31,044 bases of DNA from Alphaproteobacteria bacterium (GCA_012267605.1 JAAXGF010000054.1:1-31044), one strand, 5' to 3'; counted from the stretch's first letter, positions 18,656-28,202 are shown. The notes: generated from the sequence alone by a model not told the origin. Program-made: numbers and translations.

Positions 18656-19611
18656 CGAGCCGGGAGGGCGAATTGAGATTGGGCCAACTTGTACGCAAGG
18701 AGCTACGGCAACATGTCTCGCCCGAGGCGAGGGCGGTTTCAGCGGCGCTAAAAAGCCGTCACAATCCGCTTGGTATCTTGTTCTACGGATCGTGCTTTCG
18801 CGACGGTGGCGCCGGAGGCGTGATGGATTTTTGCGTCCTGACCGATTCCTATCGAGGTTTCTACAGTCGTTTCCTCCCGGCGCTATTCAACACACTGTTA
18901 CCTCCCAATGTTTTTTACTTTGAAGTACCCTACGAAGGGGGAATAATTCGCGCGAAATACGCGGTTGTGTCGTTACACGACCTAGCACGGTTTACCTCTC
19001 CAGATTGCTTCGAGGCGTATTTTTGGGGACGCCTTTCTCAACCATGTGCGCTTGTCTATGCGCGCGACCGGAAAGTCCGGAATGCGGTGGCACAAGCTGT
19101 AGCTAGCGCCGCCCAAAAAATGGTTCGAGAATCTCTGCCGTTAATGGCTTCCCGTTTCACCGCCCGCGAATTGTGGTCGCGTGCGCTTCACGAAAGCTAT
19201 CGTACGGAAATGCGCGCCGAGGCTCTCGACCGGTCTCTTGAACTCTACACCGCTGCCGCCGAACGCTATGATGACGTAGCGGAGGCAATTATTTCGGGTA
19301 GCCATCTCGGCCAACTTGTCCGACCTCGCGGCACAGCTACTTATTTTGTCCGGAATTCATCCTTGGCGCAAAGATGTGTGGCGGGGACGCGTTGGCATTT
19401 CAGGCGAATTGTTGGCAGAATTTTCCACGTACTGCGGCTCACTAAGGCGGCACATACATTCCACGGTGGACTGGAATATATTCTGTGGAAAATTGAGCGT
19501 CACACGGGCAAAAGCCTGCGTTCCAATTCATGGCAGAGACGCCACCCGATTTTAGCGGCCCCATTACTAATCTGGAAACTAAAGTATTGGAAACGAAATA
19601 GGCGCGCTTAA
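18652..19611 (+). CDS. Tam41/Mmp37-like nucleotidyltransferase (candidate lipid-phosphate cytidylyltransferase)
   Basis: FYGS...MDF nucleotidyltransferase motif; PNVFY, KYAVVS and YFWGRLSQP resemble the Tam41 motifs KYGVIS and YLAGRLQKP. Recognised by eye. Confidence 0.65.
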   Translation: MTSREGELRLGQLVRKELRQHVSPEARAVSAALKSRHNPLGILFYGSCFRDGGAGGVMDFCVLTDSYRGFYSRFLPALFNTLLPPNVFYFEVPYEGGIIRAKYAVVSLHDLARFTSPDCFEAYFWGRLSQPCALVYARDRKVRNAVAQAVASAAQKMVRESLPLMASRFTARELWSRALHESYRTEMRAEALDRSLELYTAAAERYDDVAEAIISGSHLGQLVRPRGTATYFVRNSSLAQRCVAGTRWHFRRIVGRIFHVLRLTKAAHTFHGGLEYILWKIERHTGKSLRSNSWQRRHPILAAPLLIWKLKYWKRNRRA

Positions 19612-19662
19612 AGGTCTGTGTTAGACCACTGTGTGATTACGTACCGGCTGCGCCTACTTAAA

Positions 19663-20898
19663 TTAATCGCCAACGTGACTCGCGGTCCGGGGGTTTGAGC
19701 CGCGCGCGTTGTATTCCCGGATGCTCTCGGCCACGTATTCAAAAGCACCGCATATTGTCTCGATCTGGTCCTGGCTGTGGGCAGCCGAAACACTGCAGCG
19801 TAATAACGAGGATGTATCAGGCGTGCCTGGCGGAATCGCGAGGTTCACATAAACTCCAGCATCCAAGATTCGGTTCCAAGCGAGGACCGCTTCCTCCCGC
19901 TGGGGTAGCATCACCGCAATCACAGGGCTCGGAGCGGCCGCTAAAGTCAAATCAATCGCCGCCAACCGATCGTAAAATGCGTGCACGTTTCGCCATAAGC
20001 TATCGCGTAATTCGGGCTCCCTGCGAATCCGGCGCAACGCCGTCAACACAGACGCGACAACCGATGGCGACAAAGATGCAGTAAACATGTAGGGACGGCT
20101 GGCAAGTCTCAGATAATCAAACTTGGGATGATTGGAGGCGCAAAAACCACCCATCGAACCCAGACTCTTGCTAAACGTTCCGACGATGAAATCAACGTCC
20201 GCCGATACGCCGGCTTGCTCGACAACACCTTGGCCTGACTGGCCGTAGATGCCAACCGAATGGGCTTCGTCCACATACAGATATGCGTTGTGCTTACGCT
20301 TTACCTCGGCGAATTCAGCGAGCGGAGCAATATCGCCCAACATGCTGTACAGTCCTTCGACAATAATAAGCTTGTTGGAGTCCGACCTCTTCAATCGCTG
20401 CAGCCGTTTATCAAGATCGGCTGGTGAGTTGTGCCGGAAACGAATTACCGTCGCGCCACTCATTCGGCATCCGTCATAGATGCATGCGTGGCAGTGGGCG
20501 TCCATCAGAATGTAGTCGCCAGGGCCCGCGAGCGCAGAGATCATTCCAAGATTGGCCTGGTATCCTGTCGGAAATACGAGCGTGCTCTTGCATCCGAAGA
20601 ACGAAGCCAGTTCCGTTTCAAGCTCGCGGTGATTGGCGTAAGTTCCATTCGCAATTCGCGAACCCGTCGTTCCCGTGCCTTGCCGCGCCAACGCGTTCTG
20701 AGCGGCGCTGATCGACTCAGGATCAAATGTCAGTCCCAGATAATTATTGGATCCCGCGAGAATGACTTTCTTCCCGCGGATAATCGCCTCCGTCGCCGAA
20801 CGAACCTCGTCCATGCACACACCAAACGGATCACGGCCCATGGCGGCGATCTGTTCATGTTGGGCGGGAAGAGGGGCGATTTTGTCAAAGAGATCCAT
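19663..20898 (-). CDS. spt: Serine palmitoyltransferase (alpha-oxoamine synthase family, PLP)
   Basis: GSNNYLGL, GTTGSRIANGT, TGYQANLG, DEAH, GTFSKSLG (PLP lysine). Adjacent to ACP, SDR and acyl-AMP ligase with no biotin genes, which favours SPT over BioF. Start moved to 20898 (MDLFDK). Confidence 0.85.
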   Translation of the reverse strand: MDLFDKIAPLPAQHEQIAAMGRDPFGVCMDEVRSATEAIIRGKKVILAGSNNYLGLTFDPESISAAQNALARQGTGTTGSRIANGTYANHRELETELASFFGCKSTLVFPTGYQANLGMISALAGPGDYILMDAHCHACIYDGCRMSGATVIRFRHNSPADLDKRLQRLKRSDSNKLIIVEGLYSMLGDIAPLAEFAEVKRKHNAYLYVDEAHSVGIYGQSGQGVVEQAGVSADVDFIVGTFSKSLGSMGGFCASNHPKFDYLRLASRPYMFTASLSPSVVASVLTALRRIRREPELRDSLWRNVHAFYDRLAAIDLTLAAAPSPVIAVMLPQREEAVLAWNRILDAGVYVNLAIPPGTPDTSSLLRCSVSAAHSQDQIETICGAFEYVAESIREYNARGSNPRTASHVGD

Positions 20899-20902
20899 GC
20901 TT

Positions 20903-21154
20903 TTACGCTCCCCGGGCTTGCTTATGAATCGTCTGGACCAAGTCCCCAATCGTGCGGATGTCGGACAACATGTTCATCGGAATGGAGATACGGTAATCGT
21001 CCTCCACTTCCATGATCAAATCAAGTACTGCCACGGAATCAATTTCCAGATCTCCGGCGATATCTGTATCCCTCGACAAAGTAACGTTCCTAACGTTAAA
21101 CGGCTCAAGCAATGTGCACGTCTTGTGAAATACCAAATCGTCCTCGTCGCGCAT
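20903..21154 (-). CDS. Dedicated acyl carrier protein
   Basis: 83 aa, acidic, DLEIDSVAVLDLIMEVED with phosphopantetheine Ser (DSV); 4 nt before spt. Confidence 0.9.
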   Translation of the reverse strand: MRDEDDLVFHKTCTLLEPFNVRNVTLSRDTDIAGDLEIDSVAVLDLIMEVEDDYRISIPMNMLSDIRTIGDLVQTIHKQARGA

Positions 21155-21292
21155 TCTATACGGTCGTCACTCTATAGGATCGTTACATTCCTTATTACAA
21201 CAATTCCGATGTCGCGGAGCTTTCACTTCCCTCTAATCCGCAACCAACCGCCGACCCTGTAAGACACTAAACGTCTTGGCCTGATATTAGCT

Positions 21293-22249
21293 TCAAAGCA
21301 AGTTGTTTTCTAAGTACCAGTTGATTGAGCGCTCAAAACCCCCGTAGATAGACACATTAGGACGCCAATTGGTACAACGCGTCAAGTCATTTTCGCGGCA
21401 CACCCAATCTTTATAAAAAATTTCGCGAACTTTCCCCCTTGTGATCGTCGGCGTAGACCTCGTAATACCACAAATCGCTTGATTGGCAAGTGCTACCACA
21501 CTCATGACGACACGGGGCACTGGTACACACGTTACATGGCGGCCAAATACACGGCCACCGGCATTTGCGATGTCCAACCAACTGTATCCGGCCTCACATT
21601 CGTCGCGAATCTCGAAGGTTTTCCCATCACTGGCCGACGACAAAATCAGGGAGATCACGGCTTCACAAAGATCCGATACAAAGATTAGCGATAAACGGTT
21701 GCCGCGCCGGCTAGGAACCGGGAGCAAGCCGCCGCGAAGCAGTTTAAACAGCTTTAATGTGGCGGTGTCACGCGGGCCGTATACGGCCGGCGGTCGGACG
21801 ATCGTCCAACGCAAGTTACCGCTATGTTCCGCTAGCGCCAGCTCGGCACCGCGTTTACTTTCGGCATATGCCGAGATCTCGGGACTTCGGGCTGCCACCG
21901 ATGACATTAGGATGAATCGGGGTGGCAGGGACCGGGCCACGCAAATCTGCGCCAGATGCGCAGTTCCCGCGCGATTTCCACGATCGAATTCCTTCGAAGT
22001 GGTGGCGTGAATATTGCCCGCACAGTGAACGACAGTGTCCGCACCGTCGACGAGACGGGTGAGACTAGCCCTATGTTCGAGCGAACCTATTACTACGTCG
22101 ACTCCCTGGGCTATTAGATCCGCGTCGTTTCGGCGGCACAGGGCGCAAACGTCAGCACCAGCGGAAATCAAGTGTTCCACTAAGTGTCGGCCAATAAAAC
22201 CCTTAGCACCGGTAACCGCGACGCGTCCACCCGCCAAATCAGATTTCAT
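21293..22249 (-). CDS. NAD-dependent epimerase/dehydratase-type SDR (candidate ceramide reductase, CerR-like)
   Basis: TGAKGFIG, HCAG, SSVAA, YAESK (YxxxK), RPPAVYGP; lies between the acyl ligase and acp. Confidence 0.82.
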   Translation of the reverse strand: MKSDLAGGRVAVTGAKGFIGRHLVEHLISAGADVCALCRRNDADLIAQGVDVVIGSLEHRASLTRLVDGADTVVHCAGNIHATTSKEFDRGNRAGTAHLAQICVARSLPPRFILMSSVAARSPEISAYAESKRGAELALAEHSGNLRWTIVRPPAVYGPRDTATLKLFKLLRGGLLPVPSRRGNRLSLIFVSDLCEAVISLILSSASDGKTFEIRDECEAGYSWLDIANAGGRVFGRHVTCVPVPRVVMSVVALANQAICGITRSTPTITRGKVREIFYKDWVCRENDLTRCTNWRPNVSIYGGFERSINWYLENNLL

Positions 22250-22341
22250 GAAGGTGGCTCTTTGGGCTTACCAAACAATTCCTTCGGTCACGAAGCCGTG
22301 CTGATTGTCCCGATTTTCGGTATGTTCAATCGCAAACCGGC

Positions 22342-24075
22342 CTAGGTCGCCGGCGTTGAATAGACGCCTGACAGGAATTGTGCCTTGGCCGCGGACCGGC
22401 TAATTTTTCCCGAAGAGGTCACGGGTATGCTCCGGGGCTTGGTGAGCACAACTGTGCAATCGACGCCGGCCATTTTGCGAACCACTGAACCGACGTCATC
22501 CTGTAGCTTCGCCCGAGCCTCGTCCGTACTGGCTCGGCACTGGACGATGGTCACGATTCTTTCCGCGCCATCCGCGCCGTCAACGGAAAATGCGGCCACG
22601 TCGCCGCTTCGCATACCCGGCAAGCGTTCCACCGCCCACTCGATATCTTGCGGCCAAATATTGCGGCCATTGCAGATAATGAGGTCCTTGCTGCGGCCAG
22701 TAATAACCAGTGAACCATCTATTGTGTACCCCAGGTCTCCCGTCTCCAACCACCCGTCGTCCGACAATACCCGGGAGGTGGCTTCCGAATCCTGAAAATA
22801 CCCGGCCATCACGCTCGGTCCTCGCACCATGACCCTGCCGACTCGCCTGTCCGCTAGTTCGCTCCCCGTAGAGTCGACAATGCGCAATTCATGATTGGGC
22901 AGGGGCTTACCACACAATACAAATGATCTGGTATGTTCGCTGGATGCTTCAGGAGCTGCCGGTAAGGCTTTCTTGGTCCGCGCGAACTCGTTCAAGTCGA
23001 CACGGTCAATCGAAATTCCCTCGTCCAACGGCGCGAAACTGACGGCAAGCGTCGACTCTGCCAATCCATAGCTCGGCAAGAACGCCGATCGGCGAAATTC
23101 CATCGCGCCGAATCTTTCGGCAAATCGATCCGCGGCGTTCGCCCGCACCATATCACCGCCAATTCCGGCGACACGCCATGACGATAGATCGAACTCCGCC
23201 GGCGCACCATTATTGACCGCGCGTCGGACGCAAAGCTCGTATCCGAAAGAAGGACTAAATGCCAAGGTGCCGCGATATTTGGAAATCATTTCGAGCCAAG
23301 CGAGCGGCCGGCGGGCAAAATCACTAGCGGTAATGTAATCGGTCGATAGTTGGGCCAAAAGGGGCGCAATACAAAACCCGACCAAGCCCATGTCATGAAA
23401 CAATGGAAGCCATGACGTACAGCGATCACCCTCGGTAACCTGTAGGCCATGCGAAATGATGGCGTGAGCATTTTTTGTTACCGCCTCTTGCGACACGGCA
23501 ACTCCTTTGGGCGCGCTCGTACTTCCGGAGGAGTACTGGATATAACATGAGTCGCCACGGCCAGCCGGTCGCAGATGGTCAAATTCGGGCAGGGCGTAGA
23601 TTGCTGCTGGTGTTCCGGTGAATAGCGGCTCGGAACCCGACATGGCTTCAAGAAGAACCTCTTGGAGTTCTTCAGGTGCCACTGCCACCGATGGTTCCGC
23701 CGATTGAATCATCGCGCGCACATGGCGGACGTATGCCTCTCGCCCGCCCAGGTTCATCGGCAGGGGCATCGGAACGGGGATTAGGCTGGCGTACTGGCAA
23801 GCAAAAAAAAGTATGTGAAAATCGACTGACGTATCGATCAACAAAATCATGCGATCACCGCGAGGCAGGCCCAGCGACAAGAGCTTTCCAGCCACGGATA
23901 TCGCCCGTTCGCGCAGTGTGGCGTACGGCAAACTCGCGAGTAGCTCGCCCCTCACAGAAAAGTAATTGAACCCGGTTTCGCCCTTCGCCGCGTACTCAAG
24001 GCCGTCGACCAATGTGTCGAACGGGCCGGGAGATAATGCCAGTGAAGCACTGATCGCAGGTGTTGGACATTGCAT
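22342..24075 (-). CDS. Fatty acyl-AMP ligase / acyl-ACP synthetase
   Basis: YIQYSSGSTSAPKGV, SWLPLFHDMGL, SYGLAESTLAV, WLETGDLG, GRSKDLII, TSSGKISR. Start moved to 24075 (MQCPT). Confidence 0.9.
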   Translation of the reverse strand: MQCPTPAISASLALSPGPFDTLVDGLEYAAKGETGFNYFSVRGELLASLPYATLRERAISVAGKLLSLGLPRGDRMILLIDTSVDFHILFFACQYASLIPVPMPLPMNLGGREAYVRHVRAMIQSAEPSVAVAPEELQEVLLEAMSGSEPLFTGTPAAIYALPEFDHLRPAGRGDSCYIQYSSGSTSAPKGVAVSQEAVTKNAHAIISHGLQVTEGDRCTSWLPLFHDMGLVGFCIAPLLAQLSTDYITASDFARRPLAWLEMISKYRGTLAFSPSFGYELCVRRAVNNGAPAEFDLSSWRVAGIGGDMVRANAADRFAERFGAMEFRRSAFLPSYGLAESTLAVSFAPLDEGISIDRVDLNEFARTKKALPAAPEASSEHTRSFVLCGKPLPNHELRIVDSTGSELADRRVGRVMVRGPSVMAGYFQDSEATSRVLSDDGWLETGDLGYTIDGSLVITGRSKDLIICNGRNIWPQDIEWAVERLPGMRSGDVAAFSVDGADGAERIVTIVQCRASTDEARAKLQDDVGSVVRKMAGVDCTVVLTKPRSIPVTSSGKISRSAAKAQFLSGVYSTPAT

Positions 24076-24464
24076 AGGAATTACCGCCAACCCGCGTGAT
24101 GGTCTCTTACAGTTTTTGTGCCCATGCGAGCCACAACCAACGGACGACAACCCTCGTGCCAAAATTGAACCATTTCACAACACGTCACATACGGTAAATG
24201 ATCCACCCATGAAACGCAAGTTCGCGGCACGACACCTTTTGATCTCCAGGCTTCCTAGATTTGCTCATGGTTAATGCCTTTGAATCGGCGTTCGAAAAGG
24301 TACACCGGAAAAATCCGAGTCGTCCAAACAACGATCAATGACAGGGCAATTCCAAACATGGCCGTAGCAAGATTCCAATCCGACAAATGGTGGATAGGAC
24401 GCTACTATATCTCTCTCAACGGAAAACATCGCCGTGATTGGATATCAGAAACAAACCCATCCGA

Positions 24465-26192
24465 TCATCGAACAGATGTGCGTGCCGCGCGGTCGGTAAC
24501 CGGCCATGCATGTCCGTTGTCCAGGGCGTAGAGACGATCAGCGACACCAACCCAGGCCTTGGTATGAGTTACTGCTAAAATTGTTAGTGAGTTCGACAAA
24601 GCACGCACATTGTGCACAACGGACATCTCGGTTTCCGGGTCGAGGGCGCTCGTGACCTCATCGAGGATCAATAGACGTGGCTGATGAACCAAGGCGCGTG
24701 CCAGCGCGATACGCTGTCGCTGCCCACCCGACACTTTTAGTCCGCGTTCGCCAACCTGCCCATGGATTCCATCTTTCATGGCCTCGACAAACGGCCACGC
24801 TCCCGCCAACTCAAGCGCTCGCTTGACTTCACTGATGGCGATTGATTCATCACCGAGCCTGACGTTTGCGAGAACTGTGTCGTGAAATAGGATGACCTCC
24901 TGGGGCACGTACCCGACCATGCGGCGCCAAGCGTTCATGTCGATATGATCGAACGGGATGCCGTCGATGAGAATATGTCCGGAGTCGGGCCGATACAAAC
25001 CAAGCAAAATGTCGCTTAACGTGCTCTTGCCGCCGCCCGATTCCCCGGTGATGACGGTGAGTTTTCCTGCCGGTATTTCAAGCGAAAGGTTTTCCAGTAC
25101 TTTGTTCGAGCCAAACGAAAGAGCGACGTTTTCAATAACGCAGCCCTCGTTCAAAGTCGGTGTCAAACCGCTTTTGACAGGTTCCGCCTCCTGAATGGAT
25201 TGCTCGATCAGCCGATGGATCGACCAATACGCACTCTCGACAATCATCGCTTTTTGATAATATTGCTGAATTTTCCCAATGGTCGAGACGGTGCTGTGCA
25301 GTAAAAGGCCCATGATGAGCAACTCGGAGATCGGCAACGCCCATTCGCTCACCGCGAGATAGAATCCTATACCGAGACACAACACCAACAGTGGCTCGCG
25401 CAGATTGCGCAAGACATGGGCGCTGATCACCTGTTTGCGAAGCGCTCGGCGAAGGGATTCGATTTTGCCGCCCATAATGGCGGCGAAATGGCCTTGTCGC
25501 GCCATCGCTTTCAACACCTTGATGCCGACTAGGGCGTCGCTCAGATCGGCGATCAGTTCACTCGTACGTTTGGTTTGGCGGCGCCCCGCTCGCTTTGCCA
25601 CGTGAACTAGCCAGTTCAGTACTATGGTGATGACGCAACCGATAAGAACCGCGGCCACTGCCAGTCTCCAGGAAACCAGGAAAGCGACGATGACGTAGAC
25701 GATGCACTGGATAAAGCTGGCGACAGTGAACGCAGCCAACAGGTAGGCATGTCCGGCGCGGCTGGCTTCGATACTCACGGCATTCGCGATGGTACCAACG
25801 GGCAGGCGGGTGAAGTACTCCCATTTTGCCGCGAGTAGCGTATCGATCAATCTGGAACGGAGCCTTGTGGCAACCTCGGCCACCGTGTAGCCGACGTGTT
25901 TCATCGCTAATATTAGAAGCCCGGATTTGATGAAGATGCCGGTGACCACAATCGTTACCAGGCTGCCGAGATCGGGTGTCAGTCCAAGATCGCTCAGAAA
26001 ATCGAGGATGTAGCGGTTGAGCGAAGATGTATCACCCGCTGCGCTGGCATCACTCGCGCTGGCCAACTCGACCAATGGCAACAACGTGGCCAAGCCCACA
26101 CCCTCGGCAAGACCGGCGATTAACAGGCAGACCAGTACAGTCCACCGACTGGTTCCCTTTGAACCGAAAAAAATGCCGAGTACGCCAAACAT
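24465..26192 (-). CDS. ABC exporter, fused TMD-NBD (MsbA-like)
   Basis: Multi-TM N-terminal half; Walker A GESGGGKS, Q-loop YVPQE, signature VSGGQRQRIALARAL, Walker B ILDEVTSALD, H-loop VTH. Confidence 0.92.
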   Translation of the reverse strand: MFGVLGIFFGSKGTSRWTVLVCLLIAGLAEGVGLATLLPLVELASASDASAAGDTSSLNRYILDFLSDLGLTPDLGSLVTIVVTGIFIKSGLLILAMKHVGYTVAEVATRLRSRLIDTLLAAKWEYFTRLPVGTIANAVSIEASRAGHAYLLAAFTVASFIQCIVYVIVAFLVSWRLAVAAVLIGCVITIVLNWLVHVAKRAGRRQTKRTSELIADLSDALVGIKVLKAMARQGHFAAIMGGKIESLRRALRKQVISAHVLRNLREPLLVLCLGIGFYLAVSEWALPISELLIMGLLLHSTVSTIGKIQQYYQKAMIVESAYWSIHRLIEQSIQEAEPVKSGLTPTLNEGCVIENVALSFGSNKVLENLSLEIPAGKLTVITGESGGGKSTLSDILLGLYRPDSGHILIDGIPFDHIDMNAWRRMVGYVPQEVILFHDTVLANVRLGDESIAISEVKRALELAGAWPFVEAMKDGIHGQVGERGLKVSGGQRQRIALARALVHQPRLLILDEVTSALDPETEMSVVHNVRALSNSLTILAVTHTKAWVGVADRLYALDNGHAWPVTDRAARTSVR

Positions 26193-26239
26193 CTTAAGTT
26201 GCGATCACGAAGGCCACGGGCATTGGCCGTCAGGGTTCC

Positions 26240-26722
26240 TCATTGGGTGGCCACTTCGCGATCGGGCCACAGTTCTCGCAAATGGGAAATTAACGCTGAT
26301 CTGTGCGCGTCGTCCATCTCGGTTGACGCGCCAAGCTGCGGTGTCGCCGGCCAACCGGGATCGGCAAAGGATAGGCCGCGAAACGATCGTGAATCGCTGT
26401 ACCGCGGGACGACGTGAAAATGCACGTGCGGATCAACCATCATAAGCATCAAATAATTTAGTTTGTCGTATGCGAAAGCATCGGCAAGAGCTGATTCGAT
26501 ATGTCCGGTCACAAGGTTCAACTCGTTGAACGCTTCTTGGCCGATAGCCGAAAACTTCGTAGCTGATTTCCGGCACGCCAAAATGAGCGCACCTAGGGTG
26601 ATCTGCTGTGGTCGCAATAACACTGTCCATGAAGAGTAATCGGCAATGCATGTCGCCGGGTAGCCGAATTTTCGTATCGTATCGTTAGAGGCTTCGGCGT
26701 GAGTCGTTGGTGATTTGCCCAT
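26240..26722 (-). CDS. HIT-family nucleotide hydrolase
   Basis: WTVLLRPQQITLG, NYLMLMMVDPHVHFHVVPRY (HxHxH). Start moved to 26722. Confidence 0.88.
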   Translation of the reverse strand: MGKSPTTHAEASNDTIRKFGYPATCIADYSSWTVLLRPQQITLGALILACRKSATKFSAIGQEAFNELNLVTGHIESALADAFAYDKLNYLMLMMVDPHVHFHVVPRYSDSRSFRGLSFADPGWPATPQLGASTEMDDAHRSALISHLRELWPDREVATQ

Positions 26723-26983
26723 ATCAATCGCTACCTGACCATAGGAGTTGCGTACCGACCTTACTGCGATGAATGTGGCGAACTTTAGACCAATCCTACT
26801 TGTTGAGAAAACGAAATACATGAACCTCCGTCAGCGCAATGGTCCTTGCCTGTCAAGAAAGATCGTTTATGAACGCGGTCGTCCGGATGTTATGGTGGGG
26901 ACATACCAGCCAAGTCGAATGTGATAGTCCGGGCCGCCGTCGCGACACTGCCAGATGCCCTACGGAGGAAATTCTTGCCGACA

Positions 26984-28162
26984 ATGGTTGAACCTGACGA
27001 AAACTTAGCGCCGAGTATGCCAGGGCCACGTTTACTCATTCTGGGTCATTGCGACGTTTCGATATGGGGAATGACAATCGAGGAACGTCATATGCGTGCA
27101 TTTCGTCGGGCAACTATGCATCAAACTGAATCGACGGGTGGTGGTACCGTAATCATCCGAGCTGACTATATTTTGGGCGAGGACCTTGTTCGCCGATTAA
27201 CCGAATCCGAAGGTGTGATTCTGGCGATTCCAGGCACTGATCCAGCAAGTATGATTGCCGTCGCGGCACATGCTGGTTCCCAGAAAGTGGCGGATGTGCG
27301 CGCCATCGTGGCCCATGAGGTTGACTGCGAGAGCGACCAGATTCCAGACGGAATCAGGATTTTGAACCCGAGTGAATTGGGGTCGGAGTACAATCGGCCA
27401 TTGCGTAAACGAGTGGCGCCCTTGGTCTTGTCGGCGAACGATACGCCGATCGAAAATATCGAGCGCGTGACCTTCGATGCGGTCTACAAGGGCGCTACGG
27501 ATTTCGTCACAAAATGGGTGTGGCCAGTACCGGCTCGCTGGGTGACTCGATGGGCCGCCGCACGCAAGATAACGCCGAATACGGTCACGACTTTCAGCCT
27601 TGGATTGGTGGTTCTGGCCGCGCTCCTTTTTGCGCAAGGAAATTTCCTTGTCGGCATCGCTGTTGCCTGGGCGATGACATTTTTGGATACGGTTGACGGA
27701 AAGCTTGCGCGGGTGACCCTTACCTCGTCGCGTTGGGGAAACATCTACGACCACGGAATTGATCTCATCCACCCGCCGTTTTGGTGGTGGGCCTGGTGGT
27801 ATGGACTTAAGGAAAGTTCAGTTCAAGGGATGACGCCGGAATTGGAATGGGCCCTCGGGATCATCATCATCGGGTACGTCGTGGGCCGGCTCATGGAAGG
27901 CGTATTCAAGCTCTTCTTCGGCATCGAAACTCATATATGGCGGCCCGTGGACTCCTATTTCAGAACCATCACGGCTCGCCGTAATCCTAACTTGGCTATC
28001 CTTATGGTTGCTACGCTTGCGGGGCGGCCTGACCTCGGCTTTTTGGCCGTCGCCGGATGGACCATTTTTTCTCTAATCTTTCATGCGGCGCGAATATTCG
28101 CGGCGGCTTGGGTGCGCGCGTCGGGCGGTGAAATTCGTTCGTGGATGAACGAGCCCAGCTAG
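26984..28162 (+). CDS. CDP-alcohol phosphatidyltransferase with N-terminal extra domain
   Basis: ITPNTVT, signature DTVDGKLAR...WGNIYDHGID, TARRN. Start uncertain (26921 or 26984). Confidence 0.88.
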   Translation: MVEPDENLAPSMPGPRLLILGHCDVSIWGMTIEERHMRAFRRATMHQTESTGGGTVIIRADYILGEDLVRRLTESEGVILAIPGTDPASMIAVAAHAGSQKVADVRAIVAHEVDCESDQIPDGIRILNPSELGSEYNRPLRKRVAPLVLSANDTPIENIERVTFDAVYKGATDFVTKWVWPVPARWVTRWAAARKITPNTVTTFSLGLVVLAALLFAQGNFLVGIAVAWAMTFLDTVDGKLARVTLTSSRWGNIYDHGIDLIHPPFWWWAWWYGLKESSVQGMTPELEWALGIIIIGYVVGRLMEGVFKLFFGIETHIWRPVDSYFRTITARRNPNLAILMVATLAGRPDLGFLAVAGWTIFSLIFHAARIFAAAWVRASGGEIRSWMNEPS

Positions 28163-28202
28163 ACTGGGCATTCAGACGCACGCACCCAAATTCCCAACCA
28201 GC

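Noticed and set aside
19663-20898. 8-amino-7-oxononanoate synthase (bioF)
   Set aside because: Same family, but no biotin genes nearby. The dedicated ACP, SDR, acyl ligase and lipid kinase context favours SPT.
24274-24531. 85-aa plus-strand ORF in the ABC/acyl-ligase gap
   Set aside because: No SD or motif, it overlaps the ABC gene end, and it lies opposite the likely promoter region.
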